A DNA stretch of 64,000 bases from Syntrophaceae bacterium UBA7520 (GCA_002478265.1 DLNC01000015.1:19885-83884); one strand, 5' to 3'. Numbered from the stretch's first letter, positions 10,910-19,835 are shown. Made by a program: numbers and translations. The notes: generated by a model from the sequence alone, not told the origin.

Positions 10910-12136
10910 ATGCGTAAAAAACATGATGTGCTGGCTGGGCTTGATATCGGAACCACCAAAACTACGGCAGTTGTCGGTGAAGTTACGGATACAGGCATAG
11001 ACATAATCGGCATCGGTACGTCACCGGCAAAGGAAATGAGAAAAGGCGCCGTGGTCAATATCGACAATATGGTGGAATCTATCAAGACCGCGGTCGATGA
11101 AGCGGAGCACATGTCCGGTTGCCGCATCAACTCGGTTTATGTGGGCGTTGCCGGAAATCATGTGAAAGGACAGAATTCACTGGGCATTGTTTCCATCAAG
11201 GGACGCGAAGTCGATGAAGGCGACGTGCAGCGCGCGGTTGACGCTTCCCGCGCCATTGCCGTTCCCGCCGACAGAGAAATTATGCACGTGCTGCCCCAAA
11301 GCTATGTTGTCGATGGGCAGGACGGCATCAGGGATCCCAAAGGCATGGCCGGTGTCCGGCTCGAGGCGAAAGTTCATATTGTGACCGTGTCTTCCGCCGC
11401 TATTCAAAACATCATCAAATGCGTCACACGCGTCGGTCTGGATATCGATGATATTGTTATGGAGCAACTCGCGGCCTCCGAAGCGGTGCTCAGCTCGGAT
11501 GAAAAGGATCTAGGTGTGGCGCTGATTGATATCGGCGGGGCGAATACCGGGATTGCCGTTTTTACCGAAGGATCCATCAAGCACACAGCGATATTGCCGG
11601 TGGGTGGAAATTACGTCACCTCCGATATCGCCACCGGTTTGCGCACGCCGCTGAATGAAGCGGATAATATTAAGCTGAAGTACGGCTGCGCCATGACGTC
11701 TTTAATTCCAAAAGAGGAGACAATACGCGTGCCGAGCGTGGGTGGTCGTGAGGACAGAGAAGTATCCCGCCAGATTCTGGGAAGGATAATCGAGCCGCGC
11801 ATGGAAGAAATATTGAGCCTGGCCTTCAAGGAAATTGTGCGCGCCGGGTTTGAGGAAACGCTCGCCGCGGGTGTGGTCATCACTGGTGGAACGGCGCTGA
11901 TGCCGGGAGTTAATGAACTGGCTGAGCAGGTGTTCGATATGCCGGCGCGCCCCGGCAATCCCACCGGCGTGGGAGGGCTCGCCGATGTGGTCAATTCTCC
12001 GGCGCACACCGTCGGCGTCGGATTGATCGTTTACGGAAGCAAACAGTTGGAAGGAGAGTCGGTTTACGGCAGAAAAATAAATTTATTCGGCAGGGTGTCA
12101 AGGTCCATAAAAAAACTAATTCAAGAATTTTTCTGA
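10910..12136 (+). CDS. ftsA: cell division protein FtsA
   Basis: Actin-like ATPase motifs (GLDIGTTK, DIGGANTGIAVF, ITGGTALMPG). ATG at 10910 has a GAGGTGA SD 6 nt upstream; the ORF track starts at GTG 10907. Confidence 0.93.
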   Translation: MRKKHDVLAGLDIGTTKTTAVVGEVTDTGIDIIGIGTSPAKEMRKGAVVNIDNMVESIKTAVDEAEHMSGCRINSVYVGVAGNHVKGQNSLGIVSIKGREVDEGDVQRAVDASRAIAVPADREIMHVLPQSYVVDGQDGIRDPKGMAGVRLEAKVHIVTVSSAAIQNIIKCVTRVGLDIDDIVMEQLAASEAVLSSDEKDLGVALIDIGGANTGIAVFTEGSIKHTAILPVGGNYVTSDIATGLRTPLNEADNIKLKYGCAMTSLIPKEETIRVPSVGGREDREVSRQILGRIIEPRMEEILSLAFKEIVRAGFEETLAAGVVITGGTALMPGVNELAEQVFDMPARPGNPTGVGGLADVVNSPAHTVGVGLIVYGSKQLEGESVYGRKINLFGRVSRSIKKLIQEFF

Positions 12137-12151
12137 AAGGAAGGGTGAGCC

Positions 12152-13306
12152 ATGTTTGAATTAAAAGAGGTATGTAACGAAAATTCGGCAAAAATCAAGG
12201 TGGTGGGAGTGGGCGGCGGCGGAGGCAACGCCGTGAACACGATGATTTCGTATTCCCTGCGCGGAGTCGATTTCATCAACGCCAATACGGACGCGCAGGC
12301 GCTGAATGTTTCCAAAGCGCCGATTAAAATTCAGCTTGGTATGGAAATAACCAAGGGACTGGGCGCTGGCTCAAATCCGGAAGTCGGGCGTCAGGCGGCG
12401 CTCGAATCACGCGACGAAATAAGGCCGTATCTGGAAGGCGCGGACATGATTTTTATCACCGCCGGTCTGGGCGGAGGAACGGGTACGGGCGCGGCGCCGA
12501 TCATCGCGCAAGTCGCCCGCGAATGTAGCGTCCTGACGGTCGCCGTGGTTACCAAGCCTTTTCAGTTCGAAGGGAAGAAGCGCAACATGCAGGCGGAGGA
12601 AGGGATAGAGCTTTTACGCGATTCGGTGGACACGCTGATTGTCGTTCCCAATCAGCGGCTTTTGAGCCTGGGTGGCCGCAGCCTTTCGCTTCTGGAAGCT
12701 TTCAAGAAGGCCGATGATGTTCTTTATCAGGCCGTCAAGGGAATTTCCGATCTGATTCTGGTTCCGGGGCTGATTAATCTGGATTTCGCCGATGTGCGCA
12801 ACATCATGAGCTCCATGGGCATGGCCGTGATGGGCACGGGTGTCGCCCGTGGCGAAAACCGCGCGGTGGAAGCGGCGCAGAAAGCTATTTCCTCGCCGCT
12901 TCTGGAAGACAATACCATTCAGGGCGCGCACGGCATACTGCTGAACATCACCGGCGGCCAGGATATGAGCCTGTATGAAGTCAATGAAGCATCTTCACTT
13001 ATTCAGGCGGAAGCGCATGAAGACGCCAATATCATTTTCGGCACGGTTATCGATGAAAACATGGAAGATGAAATCCGCATCACGGTCATCGCTACGGGTT
13101 TTGACGATAACGTCATCAAGAAAAAAGTATTGCCGGAAAATGTCATGAGCCTTTCCGGTTTCCGGCGTGAAGATTTATCCACACCGGCATTTGTGCGCAA
13201 GGAAAAAACGCGTAACAGCGCCGCGGTCATAAACCTGGGCCTGGACGAAGGCACGGAGGAATTGGATTTGGAAATTCCCACGTTTCTGCGCCGCCAGGCG
13301 GACTAG
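12152..13306 (+). CDS. ftsZ: cell division GTPase FtsZ
   Basis: Tubulin signature [17 protein letters not shown], and a C-terminal [10 protein letters not shown] peptide. Confidence 0.97.
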   Translation: MFELKEVCNENSAKIKVVGVGGGGGNAVNTMISYSLRGVDFINANTDAQALNVSKAPIKIQLGMEITKGLGAGSNPEVGRQAALESRDEIRPYLEGADMIFITAGLGGGTGTGAAPIIAQVARECSVLTVAVVTKPFQFEGKKRNMQAEEGIELLRDSVDTLIVVPNQRLLSLGGRSLSLLEAFKKADDVLYQAVKGISDLILVPGLINLDFADVRNIMSSMGMAVMGTGVARGENRAVEAAQKAISSPLLEDNTIQGAHGILLNITGGQDMSLYEVNEASSLIQAEAHEDANIIFGTVIDENMEDEIRITVIATGFDDNVIKKKVLPENVMSLSGFRREDLSTPAFVRKEKTRNSAAVINLGLDEGTEELDLEIPTFLRRQAD

Positions 13307-13359
13307 CGAAAAACGCGTGATGCGAACATTTATGCAGGGTTATAGGCCATGATAAAAAC

Positions 13360-15063
13360 ATGGATTGGAAGCTGAGGAAAAAATATAAAGCTCTTTTGGA
13401 GCAGGAGCGGGGCTATTTAAAAAAAGTTTGGGGGACATACCACAGTGTTTGCCTTGCTTATCCCAATTACTACCGGGTGGGCATGGCGAATCTGGGCTTC
13501 CAGACGGTATATAAAATATTTAACGATCAACCTTCCTTTCTTTGCGAAAGACTGTTCCTGACCGCGCCGGAAGACGATGCCGAATTCGCCTCCGGCGCGG
13601 CGGGGGTAGTAAGCTTGGAAAGCCAAAAACCTCTCAGGCAATTCGATATTCTGGCTTTTTCTGTCTCTTTTGAAAACGATTATCCTAATATTCTGAAAAT
13701 GCTGGCGCGGGCGGGAATTCCGCTTTTGGCCGCCGAGCGCAATGATAGTTATCCGCTGATTATTGGCGGCGGTATCGCGCCAACGCTCAATCCGGAGCCT
13801 TTGGCCGATTTTTTTGATTTATTTATTCTGGGCGAAGCGGAAATAGCTCTGCCGCAATTCGCCGTGTCTTTCGCGCAGGCCGCGCGCAGGCGCAAGAGTC
13901 GCCTGAAATACCTGGCCGATATGCAAAAAAATATTCCATCCGTATATGTGCCATCTTTATATAAGGTTAAATATGACAAGGAAAGCAGGATTAAGTCGGT
14001 CGAGCCGGTAAATCAGGATTTGCCGGTAAAAATAAAAATCAGGCCCATCAGGGATATCAGCGCCTTTACCACTCAGGAAATAATCAGCGCGCCGCGAACG
14101 GAAATGGAAGACATGTTTCTGGTGGAAATAAACCGCGGCTGCGGCCATTACTGCCGTTTCTGCGCCGCGGCGTACGCTTATCATCCGCCGCGCTTCCGCA
14201 ACGCGAAACAGGTTTTAAAATCCGTCAGCCAAGGCCTGAAAGAAAAGCAGAAAATCGGTCTGGTGGGCACCGCTGTCTGCGATCATCCCGAATTGATGAC
14301 AATGCTGAGCGATATTGTTGGTCAAAACGCGCGGGCCGGAATCAGCTCTCTGCGGATTGACAGAATTTCGCCGGAGTTGATCGGTTTGCTCAAAAATGCC
14401 GGAATTGAGACGGTTGCTCTGGCGCCGGAGGCCGGTTCGCAAAAGCTGTGGGATTTGCTGCGCAAGGGAATCACCGAACAGGATATAGTGAGAGCCGCGG
14501 AAATTCTCATTGAAAAGGATATTCCCAACCTGCGCCTGTATTTTATGGTCGGGCTGCCGCTGGAAGATGCGGCGGATATCGACGCGATTATCGAGCTTGC
14601 CAAAAAGGTTCAGCACACGGCTTTACGTCACAGTCAGGGAAAAAGAAAATTTCGCCGCATCACGTTGAGCATCAATCAGTTTATCCCCAAACCGCACACG
14701 CCCCTGCAGTGGTGCGCGCTCGATGATGTGCAGGAAGTCAGTAAAAAAATAAAGAAAATAGAGGGCGCGTTCAGGAAAGACAAGCAGATTAAAGTTATCT
14801 GTGATGTTCCGAAATGGAATTACGTGCAGGCGCTTTTGTCGCTGGGCGACAGAAGGGTGGGAGAAATATTGCTGGCCGTGCAGCGCTTAAACGGCAATTG
14901 GAAAAAAGCGCTTAAGGATGTAAACATTAATCCGGATTTTTATGTCTACCGGCAAAAACCAGTAAAGGAAATCCTGCCGTGGGATATAATCGAGCTGGGC
15001 GTGCCAAAAAAAAATCTTATGTCCGATTACCAGAAGATATTAAAACCCGGTGAAACCGGTTAA
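13360..15063 (+). CDS. radical SAM protein with B12-binding-like N-terminal domain (TIGR03960-like paralog, no DUF2344 tail)
   Basis: CX3CX2C motif in RGCGHYCRFCAA. N-terminus AYPNYYRVGMANLGFQTVYKIFN parallels FPDAYEVGMSHLGLQILYSILN of the 826-aa protein at 58283-60763. Lies 53 bp after ftsZ with no terminator seen. Confidence 0.8.
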   Translation: MDWKLRKKYKALLEQERGYLKKVWGTYHSVCLAYPNYYRVGMANLGFQTVYKIFNDQPSFLCERLFLTAPEDDAEFASGAAGVVSLESQKPLRQFDILAFSVSFENDYPNILKMLARAGIPLLAAERNDSYPLIIGGGIAPTLNPEPLADFFDLFILGEAEIALPQFAVSFAQAARRRKSRLKYLADMQKNIPSVYVPSLYKVKYDKESRIKSVEPVNQDLPVKIKIRPIRDISAFTTQEIISAPRTEMEDMFLVEINRGCGHYCRFCAAAYAYHPPRFRNAKQVLKSVSQGLKEKQKIGLVGTAVCDHPELMTMLSDIVGQNARAGISSLRIDRISPELIGLLKNAGIETVALAPEAGSQKLWDLLRKGITEQDIVRAAEILIEKDIPNLRLYFMVGLPLEDAADIDAIIELAKKVQHTALRHSQGKRKFRRITLSINQFIPKPHTPLQWCALDDVQEVSKKIKKIEGAFRKDKQIKVICDVPKWNYVQALLSLGDRRVGEILLAVQRLNGNWKKALKDVNINPDFYVYRQKPVKEILPWDIIELGVPKKNLMSDYQKILKPGETG

Positions 15064-16370
15064 CTGCTTTTTGGTCGTCTTCTGCTGTCTGCGTATAGTT
15101 CATATTCCAGCAGGCGGCATTCGATATCGCCGTTATAAAATAGCATTCGCTGTTTGGTGCGCAGGCCGACGCTTTTGGCCATTTCCAGATTGCCGGTGAA
15201 AATATAGCCAAATCTGCTGCCGGACGCGCCCGCGCTTTTGAAAAAATCGCCGATTCCCGCATAGAGAGTTTCCAGTTTTTGCCTGCCCGATACCGGTTTT
15301 TCTTTAGCGGCAGCGCCTTTACGGATAATGAAAGTTTTCCCGGCGCGCGTTTCTTTTTTATTGAAATCGCGCGCGGGTTTGTCTTCACGCGCTTCCAGGC
15401 GCTCGCCGTAAGGCGGATTAAGAATAATAATGCCCCTGCCGTGTGGCAGTGGAGTTTCAGCAAAAGAGCAAGTTAGAAAGTCTATTGCGTGATCGACGCC
15501 GGCGCCGCGCGCGTTTATTTTCGCGGCCTTGACGGCGAAATCGTCAATGTCGGAGGCAATAATTTTAAAAGGCAATGTTTTTCTTACCGCTTCACGCGCT
15601 CTTTCGCGCAGTTCCTGCCAGATGTACTGGGAAAATCCCCTGATATGCATGAAACCGAAATTATTGCGCGTCAGGCCGGGGGCGCGCCTAAGGGCAAACA
15701 GAGCGGCTTCAATAGCCAGCGTGCCGCTGCCGCACATGGGGTTAACCAAAGCAAAATTTCCTCTCCAGCCGGTGGCCATGATTACCGCCGCCGCCAGCGT
15801 TTCCTGCATGGGCGCCTGCAGGGGCATTTTACGGTAACCACGCATCGACAATCTCTCGCCGGAAGTATCGATGTAAACAGTGGCCTGATCGTTTTTCCAG
15901 TAGAGATGAATCACCGCTCTTTCTTTTTCCGGGCCGGAATCGGGGCGACGCGAAGTTTTATCCCTGATTCTGTCCACGACGGCATCCTTGACTTTCATAT
16001 TCACAAAGCGTGTGTCCGTGATGGAAGGATTGTCCACGGTGGAGGTGACGCACAGATATGCCGATTTTCCCCCGCCATGAACAATATCCTCCCAGGGCAG
16101 GGCGTTCAGTTTCGCGTAAAGTTCGCCCGGCGATACAACCTTGAAGGACTGCAATTGATAAAGAACCCGCTGCGCCGTGCGCAGATGCAGGTTGAGCAGA
16201 AGCGTGTCTTCCAGCGTGCCTTCCGTCTGCACGGCGGTATCTATTTCGCGCCGGACAGAAAAACCAAAATCGTCAATTTCTTTTCTTAGATAGACGGAAG
16301 CGCCCTTGGGGCATGTCACCAGTATTTTACTTTTTTGTTTCCAGGGATGCATTACATACCTGTAACACAT
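15060..16370 (-). CDS. THUMP-domain class I SAM-dependent RNA methyltransferase (COG0116 / RlmL-K-like)
   Basis: N-terminal ferredoxin-like/THUMP region, SAM pocket DPMCGSG-like (NPMCGSGT), catalytic NPPYGERL motif, and a basic ~38-aa insert after it. Confidence 0.8.
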   Translation of the reverse strand: MCYRYVMHPWKQKSKILVTCPKGASVYLRKEIDDFGFSVRREIDTAVQTEGTLEDTLLLNLHLRTAQRVLYQLQSFKVVSPGELYAKLNALPWEDIVHGGGKSAYLCVTSTVDNPSITDTRFVNMKVKDAVVDRIRDKTSRRPDSGPEKERAVIHLYWKNDQATVYIDTSGERLSMRGYRKMPLQAPMQETLAAAVIMATGWRGNFALVNPMCGSGTLAIEAALFALRRAPGLTRNNFGFMHIRGFSQYIWQELRERAREAVRKTLPFKIIASDIDDFAVKAAKINARGAGVDHAIDFLTCSFAETPLPHGRGIIILNPPYGERLEAREDKPARDFNKKETRAGKTFIIRKGAAAKEKPVSGRQKLETLYAGIGDFFKSAGASGSRFGYIFTGNLEMAKSVGLRTKQRMLFYNGDIECRLLEYELYADSRRRPKSS

Positions 16371-16432
16371 CTTGTCAAAAATAAAAAATGATTGTCGCCG
16401 GTTTGTAAACTATTTGTCTCTGCGGTTGATAA

Positions 16433-16472
16433 TAAAAAGCCCCCTCAGGGCGGATGCCCGGAGGGGGTTTGA
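16433..16472 (-). terminator. rho-independent terminator downstream of the small-membrane-protein pair
   Basis: ccccctc (16440-16446) pairs with gaggggg (16461-16467); on the minus strand the stem is followed by a T-run (cttttta). Confidence 0.55.
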
Positions 16473-16506
16473 TTTATATCGTCAGATCATGTTTTGAAAG
16501 GGATGG

Positions 16507-16749
16507 TCAGACATCCTTGCGTTTTTTCCAGGCCTCCTGATAGAAACGCATCACACACAGGAAAATCGCTAAAAAGAAGAAACCCAGCATGAAATTGGGA
16601 GCAGTCCCCAGAAGCTGATCCAGTAAATGCCCCACATAGAGAAACAGAAAAGAAGCAATCACCATCGCGAAACCCCAGGCCGAAAGCATCAGAATCCCGC
16701 CTAAAGTGGCAAACTTGTCAAATTGTGTCTGCTGGTGAGTCGCCTGCAT
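16507..16749 (-). CDS. AtpZ/AtpI-like small membrane protein (ATPase_gene1-like), orphan
   Basis: 80 aa with 2 TM helices. The pattern LYVGHLLDQLLGTAPNFMLGFFFLAIFLCVMRFY resembles the AtpZ/AtpI family core as I recall it. No ATP synthase genes are nearby. Confidence 0.45.
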   Translation of the reverse strand: MQATHQQTQFDKFATLGGILMLSAWGFAMVIASFLFLYVGHLLDQLLGTAPNFMLGFFFLAIFLCVMRFYQEAWKKRKDV

Positions 16750-16795
16750 CTTCTTTTCCTCTTCTTTTTCCTTAATAATTCACGCCTTTTTTCTC

Positions 16796-17071
16796 TTAGC
16801 TGACCATCACTTTAACCGCTTCAATCACCGGATTGGTGAACAGAGCCATCAAAACAGTGTAAAGAGCGAAAACACCAACCGCCTCGGCCGTATACATCTG
16901 CTCATATTTACGCTTTAAAGAAACGACAATCAAACCGCCCACCACCAGGCAGCCCAGCTGGAAATAGGGGAAAGCGCCCGTGCCCGCCGCCGCGTATTCG
17001 GCAAAAGCGAAAGTACCGGTCAGCATGACCACCGCTGCCGCCACCATCATTGTCCCTAATGTCTTCTTCAT
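16796..17071 (-). CDS. small membrane protein, paralog family member 1 (signal peptide + 2 TM)
   Basis: 91 aa; SD aggaggatacagatc before the ATG. 53/91 identical (ungapped, hand count) to the 91-aa ORF at 30099-30374. Confidence 0.6.
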   Translation of the reverse strand: MKKTLGTMMVAAAVVMLTGTFAFAEYAAAGTGAFPYFQLGCLVVGGLIVVSLKRKYEQMYTAEAVGVFALYTVLMALFTNPVIEAVKVMVS

Positions 17072-17286
17072 GATCTGTATCCTCCTTCTGATCTTATTTG
17101 CCCTTATCTAATGGAAAGATCATGCCAAAATTACACGAAAAATAATAATAAGTTATAACTACATGATAACATAGAGTAAATAAGTGAACTGCCGGTCATA
17201 ATTATACATGAAATCATCACTTTTTTCTGCTGATTATTCAATGAAACATGCAAAGTGTTGAATGAAATGTGAAAGAAAAAGAGAAC

Positions 17287-17366
17287 GTCATTCCGTACAA
17301 GCAAAGCGCGATACGGAATCCAGTATTATCAGCAAGTTCTGGATACCGGCTTTCGCCGGTATGACA
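17287..17366. repeat. double-hairpin intergenic repeat element (REP/MITE-like)
   Basis: Hairpin 1: attccgta (17290-17297) with tacggaat (17312-17319). atccag (17318-17323) pairs with ctggat (17339-17344). Hairpin 2: ataccggc-tttc-gccggtat (17343-17362). The outer ends gtcat...atgac are inverted. Confidence 0.5.
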
Positions 17367-17454
17367 GCTTTTATGCCTCTTCATTCTTCTATGACACAGT
17401 CTTGCGGGCCGGTTTTCATAACCTGAAGGTCATAAGCCGATGTGACATATTTTT

Positions 17455-17483
17455 GGAACTTTCCGGGGACCTCTTTTGTCTAA
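17455..17483 (+). promoter_or_regulatory. ECF (RpoE-type) promoter-like motif upstream of the VIT-vWA gene
   Basis: GGAACTT (17455-17461), N16-17 spacer, then GTCTAA (17478-17483). Lies about 34 nt upstream of the ATG at 17517, which has an AAGGAGG SD. Confidence 0.4.
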
Positions 17484-17516
17484 TCAGCAAAACAACGTAA
17501 AACCAAGGAGGTTATT

Positions 17517-19835
17517 ATGAAAAAATTAAAAAATTGGCTGGTTTTATTAAGTGCTTTGCTGATGTTATTTTCGGGGTCGCAGGCGTTTGCCACAGGCATG
17601 AAAGAATCCGATGACCGCACACTTTCCCCTTATTTTTTTATCCCTGGCAATGATCCCGCCACGGACAGATTGCCGCTTAAGGCAACTTCGGCCTCTGTGA
17701 CTATCTCCGGCGTCATTGCCGATGTGCTGGTCACGCAGGTTTACAAGAACGAGGGCAAAAAACCGCTGGAGGCAATCTATATTTTCCCCGCTTCCACCCG
17801 CACAGCGGTTTACAGCATGAAAATGACCATCGGCAAACGAATTATCGAGGCGCAGATTAAAAAGCGCGAAGATGCCAAAAAAGATTATGAGCAGGCAAAA
17901 CAAGAGGGTAAAAGAGCGTCTCTTCTGGAGCAGCAGCGTCCGAATGTTTTTCAGATGAACGTGGCCAACATCATGCCCGGCGATGAAATCAAGGTAGAAA
18001 TGAAATACACGGAACTGCTGGTGCCCACCGACAGAGTCTATGAATTTGTTTATCCCACGGTGGTGGGGCCCAGATATTCGAACGCCAAAGCGGGTGATGT
18101 GCCGCCTTCCGAACATTGGGTGGCGAATCCCTACCTGCGCCAGGGGGAACTGTCTACGACTACATTTGATATAAACGTGGCAATTAACGCGGGCATGCCG
18201 ATTAAAGATTTGACCTGTAATTCGCACAAAATAAATACACTCTTCAGCGCGCCGGATGCCGCAAAAATATCTCTGGATAAATCTGAGAAAAACGGTGGCA
18301 ACCGCGATTATATTTTACGCTACCGGCTGGACGGAGATAAAATCCAGACCGGTCTGCTTCTATCTCAAGGCGAAAAAGAAAATTTCTTTTTGCTGATGCT
18401 CCAGCCGCCCAAGCGCATCAAGAAAGCTGATATTCCCGGCCGCGAATATATCTTTATCGTAGATGTGTCCGGCTCCATGTATGGTTTTCCGCTGGATATC
18501 TCGAAAAAATTAATATCCAATCTTATCGGCAAGCTGCGCGCCACGGATAAATTTAATGTTCTCCTTTTCTCCGGCGGCTCCACGCTTTTGGCCGAAGAAT
18601 CTCTGCCGGCAACTAAGGAAAATATTCAAAAAGCAATCAATGTAATCGAACAGCAAAGAGGCGGCGGGGGGACGGAGCTTCTGCCCGCGCTCAAACGCGC
18701 TTTGTCTTTGAAAAAAGATAAAGATTTTTCCCGAACAGTGGTTATCGTGACCGACGGCTATGTAACGGTTGAAGAAGAGGCATTTGACCTGATTCGTAAC
18801 AATTTAGGCAATGCCAATATGTTCGCTTTCGGCATCGGCTCCAGCGTCAACCGCCATATAATCGAAGGCATGGCGCGTGTCGGCATGGGCGAACCGTTTG
18901 TTATTACCAGACAGGATCAGGCGGCAGAGCAGGCGGAAAGTTTCCGCAAGATGATTCAGACGCCGGTTTTGACGCAGGCCAAAATAAGTTTCCAGGGATT
19001 TAACGCCTACGATGTTGAACCAATATCCATTCCCGATGTGCTGGCCGAGCGTCCGGTGCTGATTTTCGGCAAATGGCGAGGCAAGCTCGAAGGGAAGATT
19101 AAATTAACCGGCATAGCGGGTGACGCCAAATACACGCAAACGATTAATGTGGCCGATTATCAGCCCGCCGCTGAAAATGCCGTTTTGAAATATCTCTGGG
19201 CGCGTCACCGCATCACGATTTTGTCTGATTACAATAAACTAAGAAGCGACGATAAGCGCGTTAAGGAAGTTACCGATCTGGGGCTTACGTATAATCTGCT
19301 CACCGCCTATACATCGTTTGTGGCCGTGGATAATGAAGTGGTGAATAAAGACGGTAAAGTCACCACGGTGAAGCAGCCTCTGCCTTTGCCGGAAGGTGTT
19401 TCGGACTTTGCTGTGGGCGGAAACGGCATGTACGCGGCATCGCCGATGATGGTCAAGGGCATGGCTATAACGAGAGGTAAAGAAGAAAGCAAAGATGCAT
19501 CACTCACGGAGCAGGAAGTTGACAAAAAAGGCAATTCAAAAATCCAAATCACAGATGTAGTTACAGACAAAGGCTTAACCAAAGATGAAATTCGTAAAGT
19601 TGCCCAGGCGCATATTGTGGATATTGAAAAATGTTTTGCCGCAAGTAACTGGCAGGGCAATAGTACAATTAATTTAACTATCAATCCTGATGGCACGGTG
19701 AAAAAAGTAGAAGTTATTGCTAGCGGGATAGATGCAAAGATTAAAAAATGTGTCAGTGAACAGGTGAAAAAGTGGATTTTCTCTGTTACAGCAAATAGGC
19801 AAGATATTAAAGTAACAATAATATTAAAGAATTAG
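17517..19835 (+). CDS. secreted VIT domain + von Willebrand factor A domain protein with TonB-C/AgmX-PglI-like C-terminal module
   Basis: Signal peptide MKKLKNWLVLLSALLMLFSGSQAFA. VIT-like N-terminus (LEAIYIFPASTRTAVYSMKMTIG). vWA MIDAS DVSGSM plus VIVTDGY. C-terminal ~90 aa with two Cys (IEKCF ... KKCVSEQVKKWIF). Confidence 0.85.
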   Translation: MKKLKNWLVLLSALLMLFSGSQAFATGMKESDDRTLSPYFFIPGNDPATDRLPLKATSASVTISGVIADVLVTQVYKNEGKKPLEAIYIFPASTRTAVYSMKMTIGKRIIEAQIKKREDAKKDYEQAKQEGKRASLLEQQRPNVFQMNVANIMPGDEIKVEMKYTELLVPTDRVYEFVYPTVVGPRYSNAKAGDVPPSEHWVANPYLRQGELSTTTFDINVAINAGMPIKDLTCNSHKINTLFSAPDAAKISLDKSEKNGGNRDYILRYRLDGDKIQTGLLLSQGEKENFFLLMLQPPKRIKKADIPGREYIFIVDVSGSMYGFPLDISKKLISNLIGKLRATDKFNVLLFSGGSTLLAEESLPATKENIQKAINVIEQQRGGGGTELLPALKRALSLKKDKDFSRTVVIVTDGYVTVEEEAFDLIRNNLGNANMFAFGIGSSVNRHIIEGMARVGMGEPFVITRQDQAAEQAESFRKMIQTPVLTQAKISFQGFNAYDVEPISIPDVLAERPVLIFGKWRGKLEGKIKLTGIAGDAKYTQTINVADYQPAAENAVLKYLWARHRITILSDYNKLRSDDKRVKEVTDLGLTYNLLTAYTSFVAVDNEVVNKDGKVTTVKQPLPLPEGVSDFAVGGNGMYAASPMMVKGMAITRGKEESKDASLTEQEVDKKGNSKIQITDVVTDKGLTKDEIRKVAQAHIVDIEKCFAASNWQGNSTINLTINPDGTVKKVEVIASGIDAKIKKCVSEQVKKWIFSVTANRQDIKVTIILKN

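Noticed and set aside
15489-16289. 266-aa plus-strand ORF, together with similar long antisense ORFs at 6727-7518, 851-1459, 17565-18227 and 28775-29410
   Set aside because: All lie fully inside strongly supported genes on the opposite strand. Their sequences are low-complexity and Arg-rich, typical of antisense frames. I have no independent support for any of them.
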